Below are positions 1-9,586 of a DNA stretch of 57,267 nucleotides, in pieces. The stretch comes from Candidatus Berkelbacteria bacterium. GTDB lineage: Bacteria > Patescibacteriota > UBA1384 > 2-12-FULL-50-11. Every line of letters starts with the position of its first letter. Position 1 is the first letter of the stretch. The stretch lies in NCBI GenBank assembly GCA_024654065.1, contig JANLIQ010000056.1, positions 1-57,267 of the forward strand. Reading direction: 5' to 3'. The position numbers and the translations under genes are program-made. The notes beneath the pieces were generated by a model that was not told the DNA's origin, searched no databases, and saw only the letters and a program-made list of their open reading frames with translations.

Positions 1-1
1 C

Positions 2-355
2 AAGAATCTTAAAACAGTGGTTTTAGGCGCCGGGAAGTTAGTTGGTGGTCCGCTAGCAAAAGTATTTGCCCGCAATAATTGGCCGCTGACGGTTATCGCC
101 AAGCAAGCCCGCTCTCAAGCCGCAACGATTCGGGAACACGACTTGTTAATTTCGGCCACCGGCGTTCGCAGTCTAGTCGATCCAGAAATGGTCCATCAAG
201 AAATGATTGTGGTTGATGGCTCAGGCCTGGACGTTGACGTTAAGACTATTGAGCCCCTAGTTAAGTTGATTACACCCACCAAAGGGGCGATCGGCCCACT
301 AACAGTTAGCTTCCTTTTCGAGAACTTGCTCACGTCCACCAAGCAGCGAGTTTAA
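2..355 (+). CDS. folD: FolD (methylenetetrahydrofolate dehydrogenase/cyclohydrolase), C-terminal part; 5' end outside window
   Basis: The frame is open from the window edge (KNLKTVVLGAGKLVGGPLA...). It has the Rossmann GxGxxVG, ISATG and VVDGSG motifs and a C-terminal KGAIGPLTVSFL motif, which is the FolD C-terminal domain pattern. Confidence 0.8.
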   Translation, partial: KNLKTVVLGAGKLVGGPLAKVFARNNWPLTVIAKQARSQAATIREHDLLISATGVRSLVDPEMVHQEMIVVDGSGLDVDVKTIEPLVKLITPTKGAIGPLTVSFLFENLLTSTKQRV

Positions 356-381
356 TCTGCAACTGTTTCGCGGCTTTGCGT

Positions 382-2118
382 TTATTTAATACTAAAAACG
401 TTGCCAAGCTCGGTTAGCTTCACTGTCTTTTGCTCAACTTCGCCGCGAGAGCGCACGGTGACAGTTTTATCGGCCACTTCTTTTTCCCCAACAATCAAGA
501 CAAACGGCACTTTTTGATTTTCGGCGTTCCGAATCCGTTTACCGAGAGTTTCTGATGCGTCGTCGAGCTCAAAACGAACCCCTAGATTCGCTAGTTCAGT
601 TGCCACGGCCTGACCGTAATCTATAAACTTTTCGCTAATCGGTAGTATTTTAGCTTGGACGGGCGCCAACCAAAGAGGGAAATCCCCAGCATAGTGCTCG
701 ATCAGAACCGACAAGAATCGTTCGATCGAACCCATAATGGCGGCGTGGATCATAATCACTTGCTCCTCTTTGCCTTCGCTGTTGATAAAGTTCAGATCAA
801 ATCTTTCAGGCAAATTCATGTCCAGCTGAATGGTGGCTAACTGCCATTGGCGGTTGAGGGAATCGCGGGCCATAAAATCAACTTTCGGGCCGTAAAAAGC
901 CGCTTCGCCAGGCGAAACTACGTAATTAGCATTTTTTTGTTTGGCTAGCTGCTCCAATTCGGCCTCGGCTTTCTGCCAAACGCGGGCTTCCCCCAAATAT
1001 TTATCTGGTTGGTTTGGGTCGCGGAAAGATAAATGAACCGATAGATCTTTAAACCCAACCTTGGCGTAAAGCTCGCTAACGATATCCCAAACGGCGAGAA
1101 GCTCGTCTTTGACCTGATCTGGTCGACAGAAAACATGAGCATCGTCTTGGGTGATTGAACGAACCCGCGACAAACCAGCTAGTTCTCCGGTCTGTTCGTC
1201 GCGATAAACCATCGTGGTGTTGGCGTAGCGTTGTGGCAGTTCGCGGTAGCTCCAAGATTTACGGGCGAATATTTGCGTGTGGTGCGGGCAGTTCATCGGC
1301 TTGAGGACGAAAGTGTGGCCTTCACGAGTTTCAATTTTCATTAGATCCTCCTGAAACTTGTCCCAATGACCGGATTTTTTATATAGATCGCTTTTGGCAA
1401 TATGGGGGATTTCTACTTTTTGATAGCCCTTTTTGACTCGCAACGACCAGACATAATCGTCTAAAGTCTGGCGTAAAATATTGCCTTTAGGCGTCCAGAG
1501 TGGCAAGCCGGCACCGACTAGCTCAGAGAACAGGAATAGATCGAGCTGTGGCCCAAGCTTTTTGTGGTCGCGTTTTTTGGCTTCTTCTAACTGCGCTAAG
1601 TGAGCATCAAGTTCTTTTTTGGAGCCAAACGCCGTACCGTAGACTCGAGTCAACATCGCCTTTTTTTCGTCACCGCGCCAGTAAGCTCCAGCTACACTAA
1701 GCAGCTTGAAGGCTTTCACTTCCCCAGTTGAGCTGACATGTGGCCCCTTGCAGAGATCGCTAAACCAATCAATTGTGTAGAATCCAAGCTTTTCGTCCTC
1801 AATACCTTCTACCAACTCCACCTTATACGGCTGGTCTTCTTTTTCGATCCTAGTTAACCCTTCTTTATGACTAAGCATTTCGTGTTTCACGGCTAAATTT
1901 GCCTGGATTATTTTAGACATCGACTTTTCCAGAGTTCCTAGATCGTCTTCTGTTAGTGGCTTAGAAAACTCAAAATCGTAATAAAAGCCATTTTCAATTG
2001 GTGGGCCAATCGCAAATTTTACCTCTGGATCAAACTCATGAGCCGCCATCGCCAAAATATGCGAAGCAGTGTGACGGATCTTGTAAAGTTGGGAATCTTC
2101 GTATTCTTCGTTTTTCAT
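382..2118 (-). CDS. thrS: Threonyl-tRNA synthetase (short form, no N-terminal TGS domain)
   Basis: 578-aa ORF with ThrRS hallmarks: HTASHILAMA editing/second-additional domain, LCKGPHV, class II core (FRDPN..., RVRSITQDDAHVF, GSIERF) and an anticodon-binding C-terminus (PFVLIVGEKE). Confidence 0.95.
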   Translation of the reverse strand: MKNEEYEDSQLYKIRHTASHILAMAAHEFDPEVKFAIGPPIENGFYYDFEFSKPLTEDDLGTLEKSMSKIIQANLAVKHEMLSHKEGLTRIEKEDQPYKVELVEGIEDEKLGFYTIDWFSDLCKGPHVSSTGEVKAFKLLSVAGAYWRGDEKKAMLTRVYGTAFGSKKELDAHLAQLEEAKKRDHKKLGPQLDLFLFSELVGAGLPLWTPKGNILRQTLDDYVWSLRVKKGYQKVEIPHIAKSDLYKKSGHWDKFQEDLMKIETREGHTFVLKPMNCPHHTQIFARKSWSYRELPQRYANTTMVYRDEQTGELAGLSRVRSITQDDAHVFCRPDQVKDELLAVWDIVSELYAKVGFKDLSVHLSFRDPNQPDKYLGEARVWQKAEAELEQLAKQKNANYVVSPGEAAFYGPKVDFMARDSLNRQWQLATIQLDMNLPERFDLNFINSEGKEEQVIMIHAAIMGSIERFLSVLIEHYAGDFPLWLAPVQAKILPISEKFIDYGQAVATELANLGVRFELDDASETLGKRIRNAENQKVPFVLIVGEKEVADKTVTVRSRGEVEQKTVKLTELGNVFSIK

Positions 2119-2220
2119 ATCTCCAAGAATTGTAACGGATTATTGACCAGACCCCAACCCTACCCGTACCGCCAACAACCGCAATCAAGCTAACTACTAC
2201 AACCCCTAGCCAACTGTGGT

Positions 2221-3342
2221 GTGGGTAAACATCTTGACTTCACTTTAAATTATCAGGTAAGGACGCTAAACTTGAAAAAGATGTTCTTTTCCGCAAGCAA
2301 AGATAAACCGTCCAACCTGACTAGCGAGGAAGAAGCAATCCTTCGTTCAATTGTTGTTGCATCAGAGAACAATCCTAACCATCCCGAATTTCCTCCAGGT
2401 AACCCAAGATTTCCAGCAACCCCAACGTATAAAATTGTAGTACCTGGTTTTACTAATGTCTGGCTCAAAGACGAAAGCGTCAACCCGACTGGCACTCACA
2501 AAGATCGATTAGCCTGGGAGATTATAGTCACATATAAATATTTCATTGAAGCAAAGAAACGCGGTCAAACCACTGGTGCGCTACCTCATATGTCAATTAT
2601 CTCCTCTGGCTCAGCGGCAATGGCCGTCCAATCCATGCTGCGCCGTTACAGGCTGCCAGATTTAAAAGTGTTAGTAGACATCCACATAGGCTCCGATACG
2701 GTTGCAGGACTTAGACAGATTGGTTGCGAAATTCATCGGGCTGACTTAAGCCGGCGCTTACTTAGTTGGAAAGATATCCTAAAGCTGACATTTAATCGAA
2801 ATGGTTTTGATATTACTTCGTCGGTTGCCCTTGACCCAACAACTCGGTTTTACGACTGGCTAAGTTACGAGATTATCAATACAAACCCATCGTTTTGTTT
2901 TATCCCATTCGGCACAGGAAACCTCTATGAGAACGTTCTTAACGTTGCTAAGAAAGAGATTTCCTCACGTTCAGGTTACGATCCACGATTCAAGGGTGAC
3001 ATCAGGCTGTTGAGTGAGTGCAATTTTATGGGGGCTACCACCAACAATCCTAGCTCCAAATTGGCGGAAAAACTCTACGCTCCGCACCTGCCATTTGCAG
3101 ACTATAATGAACAATGGATAAGGCTATATCGACAAGCGGGATACTGTGGGCCGTTGTCTGATGTTCGCGTAGTAAAGGAACTGTTTGTTGATGAAGCTAT
3201 GAAACTTGCTGCCAATCAAGGCATCAACTGTGAGCCATCGGCAACTGCTGGATTGGCTCTGATGCTACAGCTTAAAGATTCGTTACCGCGCGATAAAAAA
3301 ATGCTGATTGTTAATACCGGTAAGTCTCATCTGCCGAAATAA
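2221..3342 (+). CDS. PLP-dependent enzyme, fold type II (Trp-synthase-beta/threonine-synthase-like), specific function unknown
   Basis: Has the PLP-lysine context NPTGTHKDRLAWE and a glycine loop PFGTGNL. The tracked start at 2221 is GTG; an alternative ATG is at 2281. Confidence 0.55.
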   Translation: MGKHLDFTLNYQVRTLNLKKMFFSASKDKPSNLTSEEEAILRSIVVASENNPNHPEFPPGNPRFPATPTYKIVVPGFTNVWLKDESVNPTGTHKDRLAWEIIVTYKYFIEAKKRGQTTGALPHMSIISSGSAAMAVQSMLRRYRLPDLKVLVDIHIGSDTVAGLRQIGCEIHRADLSRRLLSWKDILKLTFNRNGFDITSSVALDPTTRFYDWLSYEIINTNPSFCFIPFGTGNLYENVLNVAKKEISSRSGYDPRFKGDIRLLSECNFMGATTNNPSSKLAEKLYAPHLPFADYNEQWIRLYRQAGYCGPLSDVRVVKELFVDEAMKLAANQGINCEPSATAGLALMLQLKDSLPRDKKMLIVNTGKSHLPK

Positions 3343-3367
3343 TTATAATTTCAGGTAGAACAATGCT

Positions 3368-3814
3368 ATGAAATCTATTGCTTCCAACAAAAAGGCGTAT
3401 TTCGACTACTCAATTACAGACGACGTGGAAGCCGGGCTAGTTTTGACGGGCGAAGAAATCAAAGCCATTCGCGACAAACGAGTTAATATTAGCGGGAGCT
3501 ATGTCAAACCGTTCATCGCCGATGGCGCTAATGAGCTTTGGTGGGTGGGTAGTAATTTTAATATCGAGAATGGCGATCAATCACGGAGTAAGAAACTTTT
3601 GCTCCATAAGATAGAGATCGAACGGTTGACTGGTAAACTCTCGGCCAAAAACCTGACGATCGTACCGCTGGAATTATATTTATCTCGGGGTCGAGCTAAA
3701 CTCAAAATTGGCTTGGCCAGTCGCAAGCAAGTTCATGACAAACGGGAAACTCTCAAGAAACGAGACATCGAACGGGAAGTTGCTCGCCGTCTTAACGATC
3801 GAAGTAAAAAGTAA
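3368..3814 (+). CDS. smpB: SsrA-binding protein SmpB
   Basis: 148 aa with KKAYFDYSI, GEEIKAIR, KLLLHK and a basic C-terminal tail, the typical SmpB pattern. A tmRNA gene is also present in this window. Confidence 0.9.
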   Translation: MKSIASNKKAYFDYSITDDVEAGLVLTGEEIKAIRDKRVNISGSYVKPFIADGANELWWVGSNFNIENGDQSRSKKLLLHKIEIERLTGKLSAKNLTIVPLELYLSRGRAKLKIGLASRKQVHDKRETLKKRDIEREVARRLNDRSKK

Positions 3815-3815
3815 C

Positions 3816-4715
3816 CTAAGGAGAGTCTGAACTGGTAGAGTCGTCGCTTACAGTTTCTTTTAGTAGGTCAATCTCGTCGCGGGCAGCCGATAGACTGCTC
3901 TTAGCTGCTTTAAGAGTGGTCTTGGCAGCGGCAAGGTCGGCTTTGTAAGTAGTAGCACCCGGGTTATTTGCGATCTTTTTGTACGCCGCGTAAGCAGACT
4001 GGGCTTTCGCCTTAGTGTCCGCTAAGAGTGCTTCAAGCTTGGTGGTGTCCAGTCCGTCAGCTTTGAGTCGCGTTACAATCGTCGCCAATTTCCCCTCCAC
4101 CAAGCCAACTATCTTGTCGGATATGCACATACCACGAACTGCTGGCAACACGGCGATATAAACATGGTTTTTGCCGATGATATCGTCACTGATCTTTGTT
4201 CTGATGCTATCGACGGTTTGGAGCGTAATCGCTTCGGCCTGATCTTTCTCCAACCGAGTAATGACAGCGTTGATTGCAGTAACTGCTTCAGCTTTCGCCG
4301 CGGCACGACAGTTTTTGGTGTGCTCACCTGACTGTAACTTTTTCAATACCTCTAATCGACCCTCAGCTAATTCTTTAGCTAGCTCCCGAGATTTTTCAAG
4401 TTTTTTATCTTCTTTGGCTGTTTTAGCTTCTTCTAAAAGTTTTTTATAGTTCTCGCGCGATGTTGAACGTTCGGTCTTAGCCTTTTCCCGAAGCTCCTCT
4501 GCTGCTTTAATCTTTATTTCCCGCTGTTTCTTGGCTTTTTCCAACAAAGCTTCTTGGGCTTTCTTTTGTTCTTCTGACTGTTCGTTCGAACCAGAACTTG
4601 AATTCCCATCCTCCGCACTCACGTAGACCATGGGCGTCACCAACAAATTACCCACAATAAGAAAACTTAAACCAAATAATCCCAGTTTTTTCATTTTAAA
4701 AATTAACTGTGTCAT
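3816..4715 (-). CDS. Secreted Ala/Lys/Glu-rich coiled-coil protein (hypothetical)
   Basis: 299-aa ORF with an N-terminal signal/TM segment (LGLFGLSFLIVGNLLV) followed by low-complexity helical K/E/A-rich sequence. It is last in a same-strand string behind 5048-5419. Confidence 0.5.
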   Translation of the reverse strand: MTQLIFKMKKLGLFGLSFLIVGNLLVTPMVYVSAEDGNSSSGSNEQSEEQKKAQEALLEKAKKQREIKIKAAEELREKAKTERSTSRENYKKLLEEAKTAKEDKKLEKSRELAKELAEGRLEVLKKLQSGEHTKNCRAAAKAEAVTAINAVITRLEKDQAEAITLQTVDSIRTKISDDIIGKNHVYIAVLPAVRGMCISDKIVGLVEGKLATIVTRLKADGLDTTKLEALLADTKAKAQSAYAAYKKIANNPGATTYKADLAAAKTTLKAAKSSLSAARDEIDLLKETVSDDSTSSDSP

Positions 4716-5031
4716 CTTCGGATCCTTCGTCAGCCTCTATTTCGCTTAAATCGTTGTCAATGTCGTCTAGTGCGGCAAGAATCTCAGTCTTGGCTTCGGT
4801 TATTGGACTGAGAGTATTGGTCGGCGCTGTCGTCGCCACCGGTTCAGGTGTTGCTGATTTGGAATTAAAGTAAACCCAGCTGATAGCACCTGTAATCAAC
4901 AGCAATGCTAGGACGGCAATAAAAATAGACAGCGCCGTCGAAGCAGGTTTTTCAGTCTTTGGTTCGGGGAACATAATAATATGTTGGCTTGTTGCTGAGG
5001 CCCTGTCAACATACAAGCCAACATATCTCAA
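4696..5031 (-). CDS. Small single-pass membrane protein (hypothetical)
   Basis: Has one strong TM helix (LSIFIAVLALLLITGAISWVYF) and an acidic C-terminus. The true start may be the internal Met at 4974. Confidence 0.45.
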   Translation of the reverse strand: MRYVGLYVDRASATSQHIIMFPEPKTEKPASTALSIFIAVLALLLITGAISWVYFNSKSATPEPVATTAPTNTLSPITEAKTEILAALDDIDNDLSEIEADEGSEDDTVNF

Positions 5032-5047
5032 GTCTAATGTCTGAAGT

Positions 5048-5419
5048 CTAAAGTTCGATTTTTTGTAATTTCCAGCTCAAGGTGTCTTCGTTTTTGGTTT
5101 GATAATCGCCGGCGCCAACCTCGGCTGGCTGCCCATTGATTTCAAATGCCCAAAAATGAGTGGCTGGCGCTTTGACCCCGTCAATCGATTGCACCATCTC
5201 ACCGAAACTAAATGATTGCGTTTCAACCTGGTGGCTAGATTTCAAAAGCTCTAAAGCGTTTTGACCTTCAACCCCCCGGTAACTAATCTCACATTTCTGC
5301 TCCAACTGCGCAATCTCGTTGATCGGGTTGCATAAATTACGATCAGGCACAATCAGCCACAAACCAAAGGCCAGAACCAATACTCCAATCACATAAATCC
5401 AATTCGGTCGTCGTTGCAT
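5048..5419 (-). CDS. DUF4430-like (transcobalamin beta-domain-like) membrane-anchored protein
   Basis: N-terminal TM helix followed by ...FGEMVQSIDGVKAPATHFWAFEINGQPAEVGAGDYQTKNEDTLSWKL, the DUF4430 pattern. I moved the start to ATG 5419, which has GGAG 8 nt upstream. The tracked TTG at 5437 lies inside the terminator U-tract/RBS. Confidence 0.65.
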   Translation of the reverse strand: MQRRPNWIYVIGVLVLAFGLWLIVPDRNLCNPINEIAQLEQKCEISYRGVEGQNALELLKSSHQVETQSFSFGEMVQSIDGVKAPATHFWAFEINGQPAEVGAGDYQTKNEDTLSWKLQKIEL

Positions 5420-5435
5420 AATGGTAGCTCCTTTC

Positions 5436-5590
5436 AAAAAACCCTCGCGAGCAGTCGAGGGATTAATATTTCTGCTCGGAAAAATCGGGGTCGGGCTTTA
5501 ACCCTTCGACTAAGCTCAGGGCGAACCGTTGCGGCACAGCGACGGAATTCCACCGTCTTCACCAAAACATGTAACTTCGAGGTACTTGCT
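5436..5590 (-). promoter_or_regulatory. Candidate cobalamin (B12) riboswitch with intrinsic-terminator expression platform
   Basis: The minus-strand RNA contains GUGAA-GACGG-UGGAAUU-CCGUC-GCUGUGCCGCAACGGU. This aligns to the remembered B12 core GGGAA-stem-UGAAAAU-stem-GCGGUCCCGCCACUGU. It is followed by a GUCGaaGGGuuaaagCCCGAC hairpin, then CCCUCG-8nt-CGAGGG plus U6 (5436-5461) directly before the RBS of the DUF4430 gene. Confidence 0.5.
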
Positions 5591-5707
5591 ACTTGTACGG
5601 CGAATAATTACTACTGTCAACAATTGATCTATAGCCAGGAATGTGATAAGATTCGGGAAGCAAATTAGGGATCGGTTCCTTAATAATCGGGTTTCTGGAG
5701 AGATGAT

Positions 5708-6499
5708 ATGATGAGCTCACTATTAGCAATCGGTCTAGCTGTATTTGCGGCTGGCAATTATTCACCGTGGGAGGAATCAAAAATGGATGGACCTTCAGCC
5801 TTCTTGGCTATCCCACTTGCGAAGAATCTCAAACTCGAGATCTCGCAGGGCTGGGTCTACAGCGACGATGAGCGCAGTATCCATCCGAGTATCCCGACCC
5901 ACTTCGCTGTGGACTTTCCCTCCGCTTGGGGAACTCCAGTCTATGCCCCCGCTGACGGCGTCGCGCTTGCGAGCTATCACACCTACGACATGGTCGATTC
6001 TCAAGGCCGAACAATCGGCTACGGACTCGGTCTGTTCGTCGCCATCTGGCATGACAAGCAACGGCTCTACACCAGCTACAGCCATTTGAGCGGGGTCAAC
6101 GACAAGTTGGTCCCCTACATCCAGCCTTCGCTGGAAGGACTCAACTGGCAACCACGCCGAGCTCTATACGTCTCGATCGAGACGTTCAGAACGATGGCCA
6201 AGCCTGTCAAGCGCGGCGATCTGATCGGCTACGTCGGTTACTCGGGCCTACGGCTTGGTTATCCGGAAGTTCCGTCGAACCCACCGAAGATCGATCCGTT
6301 GGTCAACAAGACCTGGGATCCGCACGGGGCCCACCTTCACTGGGAGGTCTACACCCGCACGGCGGACGGTGGTAAGAAGGACGAACGCTACGATCCGTTT
6401 GGGATCAAGGGAGAGCGGGAGAAGTACGCCAATGTCTTCACAAAAGCCCAGGGGCTAATCCTGGCAAACCCCGACGGTTCGCCACAGTTCGCCAAATGA
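5708..6499 (+). CDS. M23 family (LytM-like) metallopeptidase
   Basis: Has the HxxxD motif (HFAVDF) and C-terminal GAHLHWEV (HxH), plus GYVGYSG. The gene is markedly more GC-rich than its neighbours and is covered by spurious antisense ORFs. Confidence 0.8.
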   Translation: MMSSLLAIGLAVFAAGNYSPWEESKMDGPSAFLAIPLAKNLKLEISQGWVYSDDERSIHPSIPTHFAVDFPSAWGTPVYAPADGVALASYHTYDMVDSQGRTIGYGLGLFVAIWHDKQRLYTSYSHLSGVNDKLVPYIQPSLEGLNWQPRRALYVSIETFRTMAKPVKRGDLIGYVGYSGLRLGYPEVPSNPPKIDPLVNKTWDPHGAHLHWEVYTRTADGGKKDERYDPFGIKGEREKYANVFTKAQGLILANPDGSPQFAK

Positions 6500-6518
6500 A
6501 AACCCCTTCTCGTCGTCA

Positions 6519-6554
6519 GAGGCGCGCACCGTTCGGTGTTGCGCCTCCTTTTTT
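6519..6554 (+). terminator. Rho-independent terminator after the M23 peptidase gene
   Basis: GAGGCGCGCACCG-TTC-GGTGTTGCGCCTC hairpin followed by CTTTTTT. Confidence 0.7.
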
Positions 6555-6581
6555 ATACTCAAATAAGGTAAAATTACTCTG

Positions 6582-7640
6582 ATGGAAATCGGAATAGTTG
6601 GTTTACCAAACGTTGGTAAGTCGTCACTATTTAATGCATTAACCAAAGCGGGCGCGCAGGCGTCTAATTTTCCGTTCACAACAATCGAGCCAAACGTTGG
6701 TGTTGTCAGCGTACCGGATAAGCGATTGGAATTTCTAACCACAACTTTTAGCTCGGCCAAAACGGTACCGGCCACTATCAAATTCGTCGACATCGCTGGG
6801 TTAGTGAAGGGCGCTTCGCAGGGTGAGGGCCTGGGCAACAAGTTTTTGAGCCACATCCGTTCGGTAGACGCGATTGTCGAGGTTGTGCGGGTGTTTGACG
6901 ACCCTAATGTTATCCATGTTCACGGTGGCGTTGACCCTGACTCAGACATCAGCACTATCAACACCGAACTTTTATTAGCCGACTTAGAACAGGCAACCAA
7001 ATCCCTCGAAAGTTTAAATAAAAATAAATCTAAGGACCCCCATACCTTTGAAGGTATAAAATTACTAGAGAAAGCTATCGAATTATTTAACAACGATATT
7101 CCACTGCGAACAAAACCAGATCTGGTGCAGGAATTGAAAGAGTTTCAGTTTTTGAGTGCTAAGCCGCTGCTCTATGTTGCCAATACTAGTGAGGGATCAG
7201 CTGATATAACCGCTATAAAGAAGCATGCCGAAACTGAAGGGGCGGGGGTAATCGCGATTAACGTTAAGGCCGAAAACGAAATTGTTGAACTGCCTGAAGC
7301 CGAGCAAGTCGAGTTTCGGACCGAGCTAGGGCTGAAATCGGGTCTCGATGAAGTGATTAAAGCCGGTTATGAGCTGCTGGGATTAATAACTTTTCTGACT
7401 GCTGGGCCAGACGAATCTCGAGCTTGGACAATAACTAAAGGCACTAAAGCGCCGCAAGCGGCCGGTAAAATTCACACCGATTTTGAGCATGGTTTCATCC
7501 GCGCCCAGGTTTATGCGTTCGAAGACTTAAAAAAATACGGCTCGGAAAAAGCGATTCGTGATGCCGGCCGCCTGCGCAGCGAAGGCAAAGAATATACCGT
7601 CGCCGACGGTGATGTGGTCGAGTTCCTATTCAATGTATAA
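6582..7640 (+). CDS. ychF: Ribosome-binding ATPase YchF
   Basis: 352 aa with G1 [34 protein letters not shown] and a C-terminal TGS-like domain ([24 protein letters not shown]). Confidence 0.95.
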   Translation: MEIGIVGLPNVGKSSLFNALTKAGAQASNFPFTTIEPNVGVVSVPDKRLEFLTTTFSSAKTVPATIKFVDIAGLVKGASQGEGLGNKFLSHIRSVDAIVEVVRVFDDPNVIHVHGGVDPDSDISTINTELLLADLEQATKSLESLNKNKSKDPHTFEGIKLLEKAIELFNNDIPLRTKPDLVQELKEFQFLSAKPLLYVANTSEGSADITAIKKHAETEGAGVIAINVKAENEIVELPEAEQVEFRTELGLKSGLDEVIKAGYELLGLITFLTAGPDESRAWTITKGTKAPQAAGKIHTDFEHGFIRAQVYAFEDLKKYGSEKAIRDAGRLRSEGKEYTVADGDVVEFLFNV

Positions 7641-7652
7641 ATTATAACTACG

Positions 7653-8342
7653 ATGGATATAGCTCGTGCCTACCGTTCTTGCGAGGCGGCCCGAATCTCC
7701 GGCCTTGGCCAACCAGTTAACTCGTGGTCATCGTTGGCATTCTTTGGGCTAGCGACTACGTACTTAATAAGTTGGACTACTAGAACACAAAGATTTATCC
7801 AAAACTCGCGTCTTTATAGCTATCTATTCATCCTTGTTGTTGCGCTAATCGGTATTGGCTCTTTCTTGGCTCACGGTACCCTAACCGTATGGGGTGGAGC
7901 AGTTGATTTTGAGAGTATGTATTTGTTAGTGACACTGGCCATGCTACTTGGCCTAAATTGGTTTTATCCGATACCGCAGAAGCTACTACTGTTCATCTGG
8001 TTGGTAGTTAATGTACCGCTAACTTACATTGCCATTCAACCGGCTCGAATCACCGACTATACCTTCATGCTTCTGGTTTTTCTGGTGATAATAATTGAGT
8101 TAATTGCCTTGAATCGCCTTAAGCAGCTGGGTAATAGTTACTTTTGGCTATCAATACTTTCGCTTGCGGTTGGTTACGGTATTTGGCAACTTGATGTCAG
8201 GAAAATCTGGTGTAGCCCGTACGGCTTATGGCAAGGCCACGCCGTTTGGCATCTACTGACCGCCTTAGCTGCTTGCTTCTTGTATATCTATCTGGCCACT
8301 AAGCCCAACCCTAGAACTGCAGTAGGGCGTGATGATCTTTGA
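7653..8342 (+). CDS. Polytopic membrane protein, alkaline-ceramidase-like family
   Basis: About 7 TM helices. It has an N-terminal CE....I..L.QPVNSWSSLAF motif and a C-terminal GHAVWHLLTA motif resembling the ceramidase (PF05875-type) pattern. Confidence 0.45.
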   Translation: MDIARAYRSCEAARISGLGQPVNSWSSLAFFGLATTYLISWTTRTQRFIQNSRLYSYLFILVVALIGIGSFLAHGTLTVWGGAVDFESMYLLVTLAMLLGLNWFYPIPQKLLLFIWLVVNVPLTYIAIQPARITDYTFMLLVFLVIIIELIALNRLKQLGNSYFWLSILSLAVGYGIWQLDVRKIWCSPYGLWQGHAVWHLLTALAACFLYIYLATKPNPRTAVGRDDL

Positions 8343-9009
8343 GCCACTTCTGGGCGTCTTTATGGTTAGGGACATAGCGTTCAACTAATTGCCAGAAATC
8401 TTTAGAGTGGTTCATGTGCGTAAGATGCGCCAACTCGTGATAAATTACATAATCTGACACCCAGTCCGGCGCCATAATCAGGCGCCAATTTAACGAAATT
8501 GTGTTGCGGCTGGAACAAGAGCCCCAACGAGTGCGTTGAGAACGAATCGAAACAGTTTTGACGGTACTGTCAACCAAGTCAGCCAGCAACGGTACTCTTT
8601 CTTTGAAGTGCTTGGCCGCCTGGGCTCGGTACCATTTTTCTAAAATTCGACGAACTTGGGCGTGATCTTCCCGCACCGCTGTAACGGTGAGAATTGAGTC
8701 GGTAATCTTCACCCCTTCTTTTTGAGGGCTAATACTCAAACGGAAATCATATTCCAAGCCACGAAAAAACAGCTTTTCCCGTTCCGCGACAAGAGCGTTC
8801 AACTTCTCAACTACAGATCCCTGCTTCTCCCTAATCCAATCCTCATGTTTGGCAACAAATTGGTTAATGACAAATCGCGGGGTAAACCGTGGGGCCGTAA
8901 CCACCACCGAGCCATTCGGCAAAACCCGAACACTAACCGAACGGCTTCTTGGGACAGTTTTAACTACGACCTTCAAGTCGCCCAACATTAGATCTGTCCT
9001 AGTAACCAA
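8311..9009 (-). CDS. YgjP/DUF45-type (M48-like) zinc metallohydrolase
   Basis: Has a C-terminal HELAHLTHMNHSKDFW (HExxH...H) motif and RWGSCS, typical of the YgjP/SprT-like family. Confidence 0.75.
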   Translation of the reverse strand: MVTRTDLMLGDLKVVVKTVPRSRSVSVRVLPNGSVVVTAPRFTPRFVINQFVAKHEDWIREKQGSVVEKLNALVAEREKLFFRGLEYDFRLSISPQKEGVKITDSILTVTAVREDHAQVRRILEKWYRAQAAKHFKERVPLLADLVDSTVKTVSIRSQRTRWGSCSSRNTISLNWRLIMAPDWVSDYVIYHELAHLTHMNHSKDFWQLVERYVPNHKDAQKWLKDHHALLQF

Positions 9010-9181
9010 TTGTTGGCGTACCAGTGCCGGTATCGCGCATGAAGAAGTAATAAATTACGCCGTACACCACCACTGCGACAACAACATAAATTAGTAGCCA
9101 CTTTTTCCAGCCACCTTTTTGACCGTACCCGCCCGATGGCTGCTTAACTGTTTCGTTCCCATTCTCTTGTGTATTATCCAT
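8999..9181 (-). CDS. Small tail-anchored membrane protein (paralog of 9325-9510)
   Basis: 60 aa with a polar N-terminus followed by WKKWLLIYVVVAVVVYGVIYYFFMR. It shares the W..WLL..VV.AVV.YG.IYFFM segment with the next small ORF. Confidence 0.4.
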   Translation of the reverse strand: MDNTQENGNETVKQPSGGYGQKGGWKKWLLIYVVVAVVVYGVIYYFFMRDTGTGTPTIGY

Positions 9182-9324
9182 TTATCCACACTTGCAGACA
9201 GTTCGATTTCTGTCAAACCAAATTGTCCGCTCACTTCGGATGTTTTTAAAATTCTTCAAAAACATCGCCTGTGCGGCCACCTTCAACTCTTTAATTCTAA
9301 AAAAATCAACCAAGTGTTCCGGAG

Positions 9325-9510
9325 CTACTTCATAAAGAAGTAGATTCCGTAAGCGACTACGGCCAAGACAACGATAACGAGCAACCATGTCATCCAGCTG
9401 CTTTTACCGGTGCTTGTGCTAGCTTCTGGCATTGCTGCAGGAGCAGCTGGAGCCGGAGCTACTGGAGCCGTTGTGGCTTCTTGTGGCTGACCAAGATTTG
9501 CGTCTTCCAT
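9325..9510 (-). CDS. Small tail-anchored membrane protein (paralog of 8999-9181)
   Basis: The tracked ORF runs to 9648, but that portion overlaps the protease gene. The internal Met at 9510 gives MEDANLGQPQEATTAPVAPAPAAP...WMTWLLVIVVLAVVAYGIYFFMK. Confidence 0.4.
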   Translation of the reverse strand: MEDANLGQPQEATTAPVAPAPAAPAAMPEASTSTGKSSWMTWLLVIVVLAVVAYGIYFFMK

Positions 9511-9586
9511 AGTCCTAGCGTCCCAGACCGATTGTGATGTGTCAAACGGATGTATTATAAAAGTTCTAAAGTGGTACTGTTTAGCT

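Noticed and set aside
5420-5437. TTG 5437 as the start of the DUF4430 gene.
   Set aside because: That codon lies inside the U-tract of the upstream terminator, and the extension reads through the AAAGGAG ribosome-binding site. ATG 5419 is correctly spaced from GGAG.
6455-6856. 133-aa minus-strand ORF overlapping the 5' end of ychF.
   Set aside because: It is antisense to the highly conserved YchF G-domain and has no motif or RBS of its own, so it is spurious.
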